NCBI GenBank assembly: GCA_040377305.1
Contig: JBEIPA010000017.1
Coordinates: 49,561 to 113,560 of the forward strand
Origin: Flavobacteriales bacterium
GTDB taxonomy: Bacteria > Bacteroidota > Bacteroidia > Palsa-965
DNA length: 64,000 bases
Direction of reading: 5' to 3'
Positions 20,816 through 30,551 of this stretch are shown here, piece by piece (the first letter of the stretch is position 1; every line of letters begins with the position of its first letter). The position numbers and the translations under genes were made by a program. The notes under the pieces were generated by a model that saw only the letters and a program-made list of their open reading frames with translations, made no database searches and had not been told where the DNA came from.

Positions 20816-22213
20816 ATGGAAAACAAGAATTTCTTCGAGGCGTGGTTGGAAACACAGAAACAATTGATGGACAACTGGACTGAAAGCAACAACAAATTGC
20901 AGGAGTCGGTAAAGTCTGGAAATGCTTCTAAAGACGGTTTCTCTATCTACCAGGAGTGGTTGAGCAAACAAGCGGAGATCACGAAGAAAGCAACTGAGAA
21001 TGCTACGGTAGATGCAAAAGCATCTTTCGAAAAAGCTTCTGAGTCGTTCAAGAACCAGGCGAACCTTGGTGACATCTACAACAACTGGGTGAAAGCACAG
21101 CAAGAGAATGCTGCAAAAGCATTTGATGCTTACAAAGGATTCACACCTTCATTCAACGGATTTAATGGTTTTAACGGATTCAACGGCTTCAATAATTTCA
21201 ACAATCCAGCTGACATGACGAAGAACTGGATGGAGACGTCTAAAAATTTCTACGAGCAGTACGCGAAAAACTTTGGACAGGCGAACAATCCGTTTGCTGA
21301 GTGGACAAAGAATTTCAACAACGATACTACGAAAGATGCGTGGGCTAAAATGACTGAAGCGAACAAAGGTTTCTTTGCTTTCTTCGAACAGTGGAAGCCA
21401 GCATTCGACGCTGCACAGAACAACACGTTCAACACGGAGTGGTTCAAGAATTCTTTCAATCCGTCTTCTTTCCGTGAACTTATGGACAAGACTTTGGAGC
21501 AGATTTCTCCTTCACACATGAGTGAATTGGTTTCTCAGTACAAGAACTGGTCTGAGATGGCAACTAACTACAGCAAGAATGCATACAATCAGTGGGTGAA
21601 CCAACTTCCTGAGAACATGCGTACTTCTACACCATTCACTTTCTGGCAGAACATCCAGGAGCAGTCTGGCAATAATCCTTTCACAGCATTCCAGAAATCG
21701 GTAATGCCTGTTTTCTCTTTCTTCAATCAGGGGAAAGAAGGTGAAGTGCAGGAGTTGACAGTTTCTGTTCTTGAGAAGACAGCAGACTACGGACAGAAGC
21801 TCAACGAAATGCAGCGTATCCTTTACGTGAACGGTGCTAAACTTTGGGAGACTTTTGTAACTGAGAACGCTGATAAAATGCGTAAAGGAACAGACCTGAG
21901 CAACACGCAGGAAGTATTCCAGAAATGGGTTGCTTATTGCGAAGAGTCTTTCATCGGAATCTATCGCGGTGAAGAGTACTCGAAAATTCAGGCTGAGCTT
22001 CTTGATCTTTCTCTCGAGATTCGTCAGAAAAATGAGAAGATCCAGGAAATTGCTCTTGCAAACACTCCTGTAGTTCTTCGCAGCGAAGCAGATGAGCTTT
22101 ACGAAACAATTTACGAATTGCGTAAGCGCGTTTCTTCTCTTGAGAAACAACTCGGAGCTGAAGAAGTAAAAGAAAGCAAACCAACTTCTACTAAGAAGAA
22201 GGCAACTGCTTAA
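20816..22213 (+). CDS. phaE: Class III polyhydroxyalkanoate synthase subunit PhaE
   Basis: C-terminal FQKWVAYCEESF...EEYSKIQAEL and RSEADELYETIYELRKRVSSLE coiled coil, typical of PhaE. Directly upstream of phaC. Confidence 0.85.
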   Translation: MENKNFFEAWLETQKQLMDNWTESNNKLQESVKSGNASKDGFSIYQEWLSKQAEITKKATENATVDAKASFEKASESFKNQANLGDIYNNWVKAQQENAAKAFDAYKGFTPSFNGFNGFNGFNGFNNFNNPADMTKNWMETSKNFYEQYAKNFGQANNPFAEWTKNFNNDTTKDAWAKMTEANKGFFAFFEQWKPAFDAAQNNTFNTEWFKNSFNPSSFRELMDKTLEQISPSHMSELVSQYKNWSEMATNYSKNAYNQWVNQLPENMRTSTPFTFWQNIQEQSGNNPFTAFQKSVMPVFSFFNQGKEGEVQELTVSVLEKTADYGQKLNEMQRILYVNGAKLWETFVTENADKMRKGTDLSNTQEVFQKWVAYCEESFIGIYRGEEYSKIQAELLDLSLEIRQKNEKIQEIALANTPVVLRSEADELYETIYELRKRVSSLEKQLGAEEVKESKPTSTKKKATA

Positions 22214-22322
22214 ACCGATTAGTTGATTACCGATTAGTTGATTAGTTGATGGCAAACACCACTAGCCCAACTAATCGGTACTTCTACAATTAACTAATTG
22301 GAAATCGGAAATCTACTAATCG
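22214..22322. repeat. GATTAGTT-unit direct and inverted repeats between phaE and phaC
   Basis: accgattagttgatt at 22214 and 22229. Inverted copy caactaatcggta at 22268-22280. Confidence 0.75.
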
Positions 22323-22329
22323 TATTTGC

Positions 22330-23376
22330 ATGTCACAGAAGAACGTTGTAAAGGAATGGAGCGAAACCACAGCCAAGATGGTTGCTGGTTATGACAATCT
22401 GTTGAAGATCGACAAAGTTGAAGTTGCAACGACTCCAAAAGAGCTCGTACACAAAGTTGACAAGATCAAGTTGTATCGTTACACACGCGAAACACCAGCG
22501 AAGTTCAAGACTCCGATTGTGATTTCTTATGCGCTTGTGAATCGTCACGACATGCTCGATATTCAGCCCGATCGCAGTTTCGTTCGCAATCTGCTCGGAC
22601 TCGGTTTCGATATCTACATCATCGACTGGGGATATCCAACAAAAGCAGACAAGTTCGTTACGCTTGACGATTATGTGAACTGGTATCTCGATGATATCGT
22701 TGATTTCGTTCGCAAGAATAACGACGTTGAGAAAGTAAACCTGATGGGAATCTGTCAAGGCGGAACAATCAGCGTTATTTACTCGTGCCTGCACAACGAG
22801 AAAGTTCAGAACATCGTTACGCTTGTTACACCAATTGATTTCTCTACGAACGACGGATTACTTTTCCGCTGGTCGAAGAACATTAACTTCGATCGTTTGG
22901 TAGACACGTATCGCACAGTTCCCGGTGACTTCATGAACAATGGTTTCGCAATGCTGAAGCCGATGATGAAAGTTCAGAAGTACATGAACATTCTCGACAT
23001 CATGCAGGACAAAGAGAAGACATTGAACTTCCTCCGCATGGAGAAATGGATCAACGATTCTCCTTCACAGGCCGGAGAATGTTTCCGCCAGTTCATGAAA
23101 GACCTTTACCAGGACAACAAGCTGATCAAAGGTGAACTTGTTCTCGGTGGAAAGAAAGTGAACCTGAAAGATTTGAAAATGCCATTGCTGAATATTTATG
23201 CATCGGAAGATCACCTTGTTCCGCCTGCGGCAACTATTCCGTTGAACGATCACGTTGGCACAAAAGATAGTGAGCTCTATAAATTCCCCGGTGGACACAT
23301 TGGTGTGTTCGTAGGTGGACGCTCACAGAAAGAATTGGCTCCGGCTGTTGCGAAATTTTTGGGCAACAGAGATTAG
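22330..23376 (+). CDS. phaC: Class III poly(R)-hydroxyalkanoate synthase subunit PhaC
   Basis: YALVNRHDMLDIQPDRS, IIDWGYP, lipase-like box GICQGG (catalytic Cys), EDHLVPP (Asp), GGHIG (His). 348 aa fits class III. Confidence 0.95.
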   Translation: MSQKNVVKEWSETTAKMVAGYDNLLKIDKVEVATTPKELVHKVDKIKLYRYTRETPAKFKTPIVISYALVNRHDMLDIQPDRSFVRNLLGLGFDIYIIDWGYPTKADKFVTLDDYVNWYLDDIVDFVRKNNDVEKVNLMGICQGGTISVIYSCLHNEKVQNIVTLVTPIDFSTNDGLLFRWSKNINFDRLVDTYRTVPGDFMNNGFAMLKPMMKVQKYMNILDIMQDKEKTLNFLRMEKWINDSPSQAGECFRQFMKDLYQDNKLIKGELVLGGKKVNLKDLKMPLLNIYASEDHLVPPAATIPLNDHVGTKDSELYKFPGGHIGVFVGGRSQKELAPAVAKFLGNRD

Positions 23377-23465
23377 GAGCGTGTCATCCAGACGAGCTTA
23401 CGCTGTCGGGATGACATCACGGAACTGACCAGCTTGCTCATGAAGCTGATTGGTGTGCTTGTTTG

Positions 23466-23492
23466 AGCCCGGGTTGGTCCCCGGGCTTTTTT
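23466..23492 (+). terminator. Intrinsic terminator after phaC
   Basis: AGCCCGGG/CCCGGGCT stem followed by a T tract. Confidence 0.85.
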
Positions 23493-23550
23493 GTTGAACA
23501 TTGAACATTTGCAGTTTGGCGTTGTGCGTTCCTGATTTAACTTTACCTGA

Positions 23551-24525
23551 ATGCGTTTCTTAATAGCCATATTATTATCCTCGTCGACGCTTGCTGGCCA
23601 AGTGCCAGATTGGGATATTTTGAACCTGGATAGTTTTCCGACTAATGTTCGATCAGTCAAGATTGTCAATCAGCAATTCTCAGTAAACGAGGATTCCGAA
23701 GAGCCGGATACTACGTTTACCCCAAGAAACGTTAAGCTCATGAGATTTGATCGGGACGGTCGGAAAATTTCGGAGCGTTACTGGCTTGAAGATGAGGTTA
23801 CGTATGACACCATTTGGTATTCGAAAGATGGGTTGATCCGTTATGAGAAGACTAAAAGTTCGTTCGACATAACACTAACCACTACCATATTCAATATGAA
23901 TGGAACTATCATAAGCGAGATGTACGACGCGACATATCATGGAGATGTTTTCACTCAATACGAATATAATGAGGTGAACGCGCCCATTCGAAAGACCGTA
24001 ACGTATTCAGAATACAAAACGGTTGAGGAAATCACTTATGACGTCAACGGACAACCAATGATTGTCACATACAATTCAAGTGAAACCACAGAACCGCTGA
24101 TGACTAAACGATGGGAGAAAGTGCTTAGATACAACGACGCTGGTCTTTGTGATACTGCCATAAAAACAGTTTTCAGATCTAATGGCGAAATATTCCAAGA
24201 TACAACGTGGTTTAATTATGATACATTGGGCAAGATTCGGTCACAGAAAGATTCAAAGTACGATGGAAAACAAACGACTGTGTTCATATACGACGCCCAA
24301 AACCGAATTACCAGTGTATTTCATAATCAATATGACAATACACGATACAGATTCGATGATCATGGGAATTGGCGCTCGGTCAGTATCACTTCGAATTCAT
24401 TCTCCAATTCGGAAGATGAGGAATGGTCCACGACGTATAATGATAAAGGCTTACCCATAAGGTGTGTTCATAGACACGGCGAGGAAACAACTATCTATAC
24501 ATGGAAATACCAGTATTGGAAATAG
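23551..24525 (+). CDS. Secreted hypothetical protein with YD-like beta-hairpin repeats
   Basis: Short signal peptide. Repeated YEYNE, YDVNG, YNDAG, YDTLG, YDAQNR, YNDKG motifs. Confidence 0.65.
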   Translation: MRFLIAILLSSSTLAGQVPDWDILNLDSFPTNVRSVKIVNQQFSVNEDSEEPDTTFTPRNVKLMRFDRDGRKISERYWLEDEVTYDTIWYSKDGLIRYEKTKSSFDITLTTTIFNMNGTIISEMYDATYHGDVFTQYEYNEVNAPIRKTVTYSEYKTVEEITYDVNGQPMIVTYNSSETTEPLMTKRWEKVLRYNDAGLCDTAIKTVFRSNGEIFQDTTWFNYDTLGKIRSQKDSKYDGKQTTVFIYDAQNRITSVFHNQYDNTRYRFDDHGNWRSVSITSNSFSNSEDEEWSTTYNDKGLPIRCVHRHGEETTIYTWKYQYWK

Positions 24526-24540
24526 TGATATTAAATTACG

Positions 24541-25329
24541 GTGGATACAACTTACTCTGATAGCGGCAGTCGTAATTCAACCCTCGTATTCCTTCACGGT
24601 CTAGGTCTGAATCGGAATTTCTGGTCGTCAACAATTGCGAATCTTCATTCACACCGTTGTATCGCGATTGATCTTCCGGGTCATGGAGAATCACACCACA
24701 TCGCGACAAACGGATCAATGACATATTACGTTGCAGCAGTTCGTGAAGTAATCGAGAAACAGAATCTCACAGAAGTCACGCTCGTTGGTCATTCCATGGG
24801 AGGACAAATCGCGATGATTCTTGCCTTGCAAATGCCATCAGTCGTTTCGAAACTCGTGCTCGTATGTGCTGCAGGAATAGAGACGTTCACAACTGATGAA
24901 GCAGAGAAACTGAAATCAATCACCAACCAGATTTACGCGAACCCAATTTCGGATGATGTCCTGAGTCGTACGTTCTATCACGCGAACGCGGAAATACGCG
25001 CTCTACTCATGCACGAACACGTGGTACATCAACGCGGAAATTTCAGGCATCTCTCAACGCTCATTACTTCATCAGTTGCCGGAATGCTCAATGAACCCGT
25101 GTTTCCATTTCTGAAACAGATTACACAACCGGTATTGATGATCAACGGTGCAATGGACACGGCAATTCCGAATCGCTGGTTGCATCCTCAGTTAACCTTA
25201 ATGGAATTGCAGGCGACAGCGAAAAGAGAAATTAAAAATTGTGAATCGGTGCTTATGCCTATGGCGGGACATTATCTTGCAGTCGATCAACCAAACGATC
25301 TCGCGCAGAAAATAATAAGCTTCGTATGA
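24541..25329 (+). CDS. Alpha/beta fold hydrolase
   Basis: LVFLHG, IDLPGHGES, nucleophile elbow GHSMGG, GAMD, AGHY. Confidence 0.9.
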   Translation: MDTTYSDSGSRNSTLVFLHGLGLNRNFWSSTIANLHSHRCIAIDLPGHGESHHIATNGSMTYYVAAVREVIEKQNLTEVTLVGHSMGGQIAMILALQMPSVVSKLVLVCAAGIETFTTDEAEKLKSITNQIYANPISDDVLSRTFYHANAEIRALLMHEHVVHQRGNFRHLSTLITSSVAGMLNEPVFPFLKQITQPVLMINGAMDTAIPNRWLHPQLTLMELQATAKREIKNCESVLMPMAGHYLAVDQPNDLAQKIISFV

Positions 25330-26549
25330 CCACATCAATAATCATTACGATATGCATTTTGCTTTTGCTTGCGTATGTTTTCGACATCAGTTCCGCTAAG
25401 ACAAAAATTCCCTCTGTCATTCTGTTATTGCTCCTCGGATGGGTTGTAGGACAGCTTACCACATTATCAGGTGTTCAGCTTCCTGATCTCACTCCCGCCC
25501 TTCCGTTATTAGGCACAGTCGGACTTATTCTGATCGTCCTCGAAGGTTCGTTGGAACTTGAACTTAATCGTTCGAAGTTGCCCCTGGTTGGAAAATCGTT
25601 TATCATGGCCATTGTTCCTCTGGTCGCAATAAGTTTTGGACTGGCATATTGCTTTCAGTATTTCGGTGGCGTGCCGCTTAAAACCGGATTAGCCAATGCC
25701 ATTCCTCTTGCAATCATCAGCAGTGCAATCGCAATTCCAAGCGCGCGCAACCTGGGAAAAGCATCAAGCGACTTCGTTGTTTATGAAAGTAGTTTGTCCG
25801 ATATTTTTGGCGTCCTGTTCTTCAACTTCATCACATTGAACGATACGATCAATTCACATTCGGTACTGGACTTCTTCATTGAACTTGGTCTGCTGCTTGC
25901 CATAACATTGGTAGCCACACTCGGACTTGCATTTCTCCTCAGCAAAATTACGCACCACGTTAAATTCATGCCGATCATTTTAATCACGGTATTGATCTAT
26001 GGAATTTCAAAAGTTTATCACCTTCCCGGATTATTATTCATTCTCATACTTGGTCTCTTCATCGGCAATCTCGACGAACTAAAAAGATTCCGCATCATAC
26101 AGCGTCTCCATCCTGAAGTGCTGAACCGTGAAGCGAAAAAATTCAAGGAACTCATCACGGAATTCACTTTCCTTATCCGTGCACTATTCTTTCTGCTTTT
26201 TGGTTATCTCATTCAGACCAGCGAAATCATTAATCCAAAAACACTCGTTTGGTCGATTGGAATTACCGCCGGAATTTTTATTCTGCGGTATATCTTATTG
26301 AAAATAGTGCGGATGCCCGTGCGTCCACTCATGTACATCGCACCGCGCGGACTCATAACGATTCTTCTCTTTCTCGCAATTCCGGTTACGCAGTCGATTG
26401 AATTAGTCAACAAATCGCTCATCATTCAGGTTGTGATTCTCTCTGCCTTGATGATGATGTTCGGTATGATGACCACTCGCCGCGAAAAGGAAACAGTGTT
26501 TTCAAACGACGAATCCAACGAACCGGATACTCAGCAGGAATCAGTATGA
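25326..26549 (+). CDS. Cation:proton antiporter family membrane protein
   Basis: About 12 hydrophobic segments. SSAIAIP, YESSLSDIFG, APRGLITIL. Confidence 0.8.
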   Translation: MTTSIIITICILLLLAYVFDISSAKTKIPSVILLLLLGWVVGQLTTLSGVQLPDLTPALPLLGTVGLILIVLEGSLELELNRSKLPLVGKSFIMAIVPLVAISFGLAYCFQYFGGVPLKTGLANAIPLAIISSAIAIPSARNLGKASSDFVVYESSLSDIFGVLFFNFITLNDTINSHSVLDFFIELGLLLAITLVATLGLAFLLSKITHHVKFMPIILITVLIYGISKVYHLPGLLFILILGLFIGNLDELKRFRIIQRLHPEVLNREAKKFKELITEFTFLIRALFFLLFGYLIQTSEIINPKTLVWSIGITAGIFILRYILLKIVRMPVRPLMYIAPRGLITILLFLAIPVTQSIELVNKSLIIQVVILSALMMMFGMMTTRREKETVFSNDESNEPDTQQESV

Positions 26550-27232
26550 GTACGAATCTTGAAACGCTGAATTCATCGGGCTATGTGATTGTTCCCGAAA
26601 TCTATTCTGAAGCAGAATTGGAATCAATCCACACACGCATTGCGCAAGTTCACGGTAAAGTTGAGTTGTTCGGCACGCGGCAATTTCTAATGCGCACATC
26701 GGGTCTTCAGGATTTGCTGCTGAACGAGAGAATGAAAAATCTACTCGCTGAAGTTGCTCCGAACTACTTCATCATCAAATCCATTTACTTCGATAAGCCT
26801 CCGGGTGCAAACTGGTTTGTTTCTTTTCACCGCGATCAAACCATTTTCGTGAAGGAGAAAATGGACGCATTCGGTTTCAAAAACTGGACGCAGAAGGAGA
26901 ATGAATTCGGTGTGCAACCACCTGCAGAATATCTGGGCGACATCGTTACGGTGAGAATTCATCTTGATGATGCCGATGAAACCAACGGTGCGCTCAAAGT
27001 AATTCCATACACCCACAGTGAAGCCAGTGTTCGTCCTGCTGCCATGTCGTTTTCCGATTCCGATTCGGTTTTGTGTCCTGTTAAAGCCGGTGGCGTGATG
27101 CTGATGAAACCTTTGTTGTTTCACGCTTCATCAAAGTCTACGTCAGAGAAACCACGTCGTGTGATTCACCTGGAGTTGTGTAGTTTGGAATTGCCGGAAG
27201 GAATGGGGTGGTCGCAGAAATCGGTTATCTAA
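26546..27232 (+). CDS. Phytanoyl-CoA dioxygenase family (Fe/2OG) protein
   Basis: FDKP..NW...HRD, RIHLDD...NGALKVIP..H, HASSK...RRVIH. Confidence 0.88.
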   Translation: MSTNLETLNSSGYVIVPEIYSEAELESIHTRIAQVHGKVELFGTRQFLMRTSGLQDLLLNERMKNLLAEVAPNYFIIKSIYFDKPPGANWFVSFHRDQTIFVKEKMDAFGFKNWTQKENEFGVQPPAEYLGDIVTVRIHLDDADETNGALKVIPYTHSEASVRPAAMSFSDSDSVLCPVKAGGVMLMKPLLFHASSKSTSEKPRRVIHLELCSLELPEGMGWSQKSVI

Positions 27233-27247
27233 ATTAACCGAACTCCT

Positions 27248-27664
27248 CTATTTCATATACGTCACTCGCCCTGTAAACACAACCTTATCTTGTTTGGTGT
27301 CGTGCAGGTGAGCAATTTTCGGGTAGAAGCTTTCCAATCCAGGTTCTACACCAATTGTACAATTCGCATTGTCGCCGGAAGTTTCAATCATAGAAACCGG
27401 GTACGAACGACGTTTTGATTCTACACCTGAGAATTCGCCACCGATCTGAAGTTCAACTCCTGCATCAGCACCTTTAACACACTGCAGGTGGATATTAATA
27501 CGCGAATATTCCTTCTCGCCAGCCGGAACTTCTAAGCCGTAATTCTTCTTCAACAAACTGATCAGTTCAGTTTGCTCATCACCACCCAGAATTTCATTCG
27601 GAAAGCGTTTCCGTAAATCCTGAAGGTCAATTTCCCATGTAAAGCGTGGTCCGGCTGTGATCAT
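27248..27664 (-). CDS. Hypothetical protein
   Basis: 138-aa ORF with plausible composition filling the gap; no motif recognised. Confidence 0.6.
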   Translation of the reverse strand: MITAGPRFTWEIDLQDLRKRFPNEILGGDEQTELISLLKKNYGLEVPAGEKEYSRINIHLQCVKGADAGVELQIGGEFSGVESKRRSYPVSMIETSGDNANCTIGVEPGLESFYPKIAHLHDTKQDKVVFTGRVTYMK

Positions 27665-27706
27665 TTACTTTCTATTTGCGATATAAACTTTTCCCTAAAC
27701 ACTCAG

Positions 27707-27740
27707 AGAAAAAATAAAGACCAGCCATTAGCTGGTCTTT
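27707..27740 (-). terminator. Intrinsic terminator after tRNA-Leu
   Basis: Stem AAAGACCAGC/GCTGGTCTTT with an adjacent A tract (U tract on the minus strand). Confidence 0.8.
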
Positions 27741-27742
27741 TG

Positions 27743-27823
27743 TGCGGACGGGGGGACTCGAACCCACACGCCTCTCGGCACCAGATCCTAAGTCTGGCTT
27801 GGCTACCATTACAACACGTCCGC
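27743..27823 (-). tRNA. tRNA-Leu (anticodon TAG)
   Basis: Reverse complement gives acceptor stem GCGGACG/CGTCCGC, anticodon arm CCAGA-CTTAGGA-TCTGG, a long variable arm, T loop TTCGAGT and discriminator A. CCA is not encoded. Confidence 0.95.
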
Positions 27824-28016
27824 ATAAACGGTATTCGGTAGCGGTGCAAAGATCGCATTTTTACTACAATTTCAAACTCTTTCAAAGGTTTAACGCTACC
27901 CCCAACTATTTATTTTCTGCGAAATTATCGCGTTCTGGCACATGACCGTTTGCTGGCATACCAGTTGATTCCCTAAGGCATCCTTGACCAAAAAGTCAAA
28001 CCTAAAAAATCTAACT

Positions 28017-28715
28017 ATGAAATGCTCAGGTTTCAATGTGCTTAAAGGAATTGTTGTTCTCTTTATTGCAGTTACGTTTACAAGTTGCGCAAATGAAGAT
28101 TCTTCCGGCGTAAACCAGGACAGAATTTATGCGGAGTACGAATTGTTTTACGATGCGAATACAGACAAAACCTACGCATCGGCAATTTTCAGATTTGGTC
28201 ACGCTTCAGGAACGCAGCTCGAACTAACTGCACCGAGTGAAGTGAAATTCAACGGCGATGTAATTCCATTCGACGGAACATTTTCCTACTATAGAAAAGA
28301 GTATGCCGGAAGAATCACCACAGGTACGTTTGTGTTTACGGATACAGATGGAAATTCATTCACGAATACAGTGAGTTCAACGCGTACCATTGCGTTCCCA
28401 GCCGGTCTTGACACCATTCACAATACATCAAGTTATTCATTGACCTGGATCGGCGACAGTATTGTGCAGGACGAACGTGTGGATGTTTGGATGGATGGAC
28501 CATTGCAGAATAACGCTGAGTTCTTCACGCAGTATTTGGTAAATACGAATTCAATTGTACTTGCCGCGAACAAATTGCAGGCTCTTGGATTGGGAACAAC
28601 CACATGTACAATGGAACGTATCTGGGAACAGAATGCAGTTGGTGTGACTGGTGCCGGTGGAAAAGTGAGAACGAAATACAAGGCGGTCAACCTAGCAATT
28701 CAGGTGGTGCAATAG
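28017..28715 (+). CDS. Hypothetical lipoprotein
   Basis: Lipobox FTSC followed by acidic ANEDS. Start moved to the ATG at 28017. Confidence 0.75.
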   Translation: MKCSGFNVLKGIVVLFIAVTFTSCANEDSSGVNQDRIYAEYELFYDANTDKTYASAIFRFGHASGTQLELTAPSEVKFNGDVIPFDGTFSYYRKEYAGRITTGTFVFTDTDGNSFTNTVSSTRTIAFPAGLDTIHNTSSYSLTWIGDSIVQDERVDVWMDGPLQNNAEFFTQYLVNTNSIVLAANKLQALGLGTTTCTMERIWEQNAVGVTGAGGKVRTKYKAVNLAIQVVQ

Positions 28716-28722
28716 ACGAAAT

Positions 28723-28917
28723 TGGAACGCGGATTTTGATGGGTGTGGCATATTAGTCCTACACTCGGATCACCAGGTGTATTATACATTGCGCAATCGG
28801 ATTTTATGAGATAAGCTTAGCAAATCTATCTCATGAAATCCGATTCCCGCTTTTCTATTTACCACACTGATCCGAGCGATTGAATAGAAAACAATGAGCA
28901 TCAAAATCCGCGTTCCA
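28723..28917. repeat. ~195 bp nested palindromic element, copy A
   Basis: 19-bp perfect terminal IR (28723-28741/28899-28917), 9-bp middle IR (28764-28772/28868-28876), 19-bp inner IR with one G.U pair (28795-28813/28827-28845). Confidence 0.9.
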
Positions 28918-28937
28918 TTTTGCCGTAATTTAGTGGA

Positions 28938-30311
28938 ATGCGATCGCTAGGCTCACTCCTGCTCTGCTTACTTCTTCTTGCAGGTTGCGGCGATCCTGTT
29001 CCTCAAACAACACATCAACTGGTAATCACAAACGCATCCGTGCTCAACACACTTACGGGTGAAGTGGAATTACACAAAACAATTGTTGTCGACAGCGGAT
29101 ACATTGTTGCTGTTCTGGATTCTGTAGAAGAAATTCTTGCCGACACAATTATCGATGCGCAAGACAAAATTGTTGTTCCTGGATTCATTGATGCAGTCGG
29201 ACATCTCGATGATGTGTTCGGTGATCGTCCGGATACACTGAAGTCGTCGGTAGAAGATTGCATGAAGCAGTTTTCGGAAACGTATTTGCCTTATGGTGTA
29301 ACAACTGTCCGCAGCTCCGGTGATGGAACAGGCTATTATGCAATCGCCAATTACATGTGCCAGTTTGCTTCTGAAACTTCTCCCGATTTCTATTTTTCCG
29401 GCGGAAGTATTGCAGGTTGGTACGACGGAACTCCGTATGTCAATCACTTGCTCGTTCAGGATTCATCGGAAGCTGACTACTGGGTTTCTGAATTGAACAA
29501 AACCGGAACAGTAAGCTCGATCAAGCTGTACTGCAATGGTGCAATGAACTATTCCATTTTTAAATCGGGATTGAACAAAGCACAGGAATACAACCTGAAT
29601 GTGACAGCACAAGTACAGAATGAAATTACAATTGATAGTGCATTGAGCCTGGGTTTGCGAAATTTCGAACACGCATCAACACTCGTGTATCAACGAAATC
29701 TTTTTCACTTCACTGACGACCGATCATTCACCGATACGTTGAATCACTATTACAACGAACAGGAAGAAGGCTCGCGTATTTATCCCTACATGGAAGCTGC
29801 ATTGAAAACCGGAGCAAATAATCCGGAAGTGCTTGCAACTATTGCCAACATGAAAGCGCACAACGCAACGATGACCACGTCTCTGCACTTCTTTGCGCAG
29901 TGGATGTACCTCAGTTATTTCCGTTCCACACCTAAAGGAGACCGTTTTGTGACGAGTCATTTCACGGAAGAACAGATGTCGCGTTGCAAGAAAGGCTTTT
30001 CTATTCTTTCGGGTTATGTGAAACAGATGTACGATTCAGGCATTATTCTGGCAATCGGAACTGATCACAAAGACGGAGGCAAAGCAGTGCTATCCGAGAT
30101 TTTATTGTTGCACGAAGCTGGAATTCCGTTGAACGATTGTTTCCGCATTGCGACAATCAATACAGCGAAAGTAATTGCACAGGAAGATCGTTACGGGAGT
30201 ATTACTGCGGGTAAACGTGCAAACCTGGTGATGTTTGATCATAATCCGTTTGAGAATCCGGAGAATGTGCTGAAGGAGAAGACGGTCATCAAAGACGGAG
30301 TGATCTATTAA
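28938..30311 (+). CDS. Amidohydrolase superfamily lipoprotein, metal ligands partly degenerate
   Basis: Lipobox LAGC. IVVPGFID, GVTTVR, FEH, AIGTD, ATIN.A, GSI..GKRANLV. Confidence 0.85.
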   Translation: MRSLGSLLLCLLLLAGCGDPVPQTTHQLVITNASVLNTLTGEVELHKTIVVDSGYIVAVLDSVEEILADTIIDAQDKIVVPGFIDAVGHLDDVFGDRPDTLKSSVEDCMKQFSETYLPYGVTTVRSSGDGTGYYAIANYMCQFASETSPDFYFSGGSIAGWYDGTPYVNHLLVQDSSEADYWVSELNKTGTVSSIKLYCNGAMNYSIFKSGLNKAQEYNLNVTAQVQNEITIDSALSLGLRNFEHASTLVYQRNLFHFTDDRSFTDTLNHYYNEQEEGSRIYPYMEAALKTGANNPEVLATIANMKAHNATMTTSLHFFAQWMYLSYFRSTPKGDRFVTSHFTEEQMSRCKKGFSILSGYVKQMYDSGIILAIGTDHKDGGKAVLSEILLLHEAGIPLNDCFRIATINTAKVIAQEDRYGSITAGKRANLVMFDHNPFENPENVLKEKTVIKDGVIY

Positions 30312-30551
30312 GTGCACCGCTTGACCTTTCTTTCCGAGGTATGACAAAAAAAGCCGCAACATTTCTGCCGCGGCTTCTCTCAATACGTGATGTTGAAATA
30401 CATTGTTCAAAAAACAATGTAGCTTTTACCAACCGAACATCACACCTACTCTATTCTTGAATTTCTCTGATTTTCGTGCGTCTGCTTTACAAATACGTAG
30501 CTCTTGAAATTCCGGATTTAAGACAAAGAAGAATTTAACTAACTTGACCGT

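Noticed and set aside
21512-22255. 247-aa minus-strand ORF
   Set aside because: Antisense shadow of phaE with no recognisable motif.
23551-24525. RHS/YD polymorphic toxin
   Set aside because: Only 324 aa, with no RHS core (DPxG) motif, toxin tip or immunity gene.
27703-27945. Short ORFs over the tRNA, and tRNA-Leu as an island attachment site
   Set aside because: The ORFs overlap a clear tRNA. I saw no integrase and no duplicated tRNA 3' end in the window.
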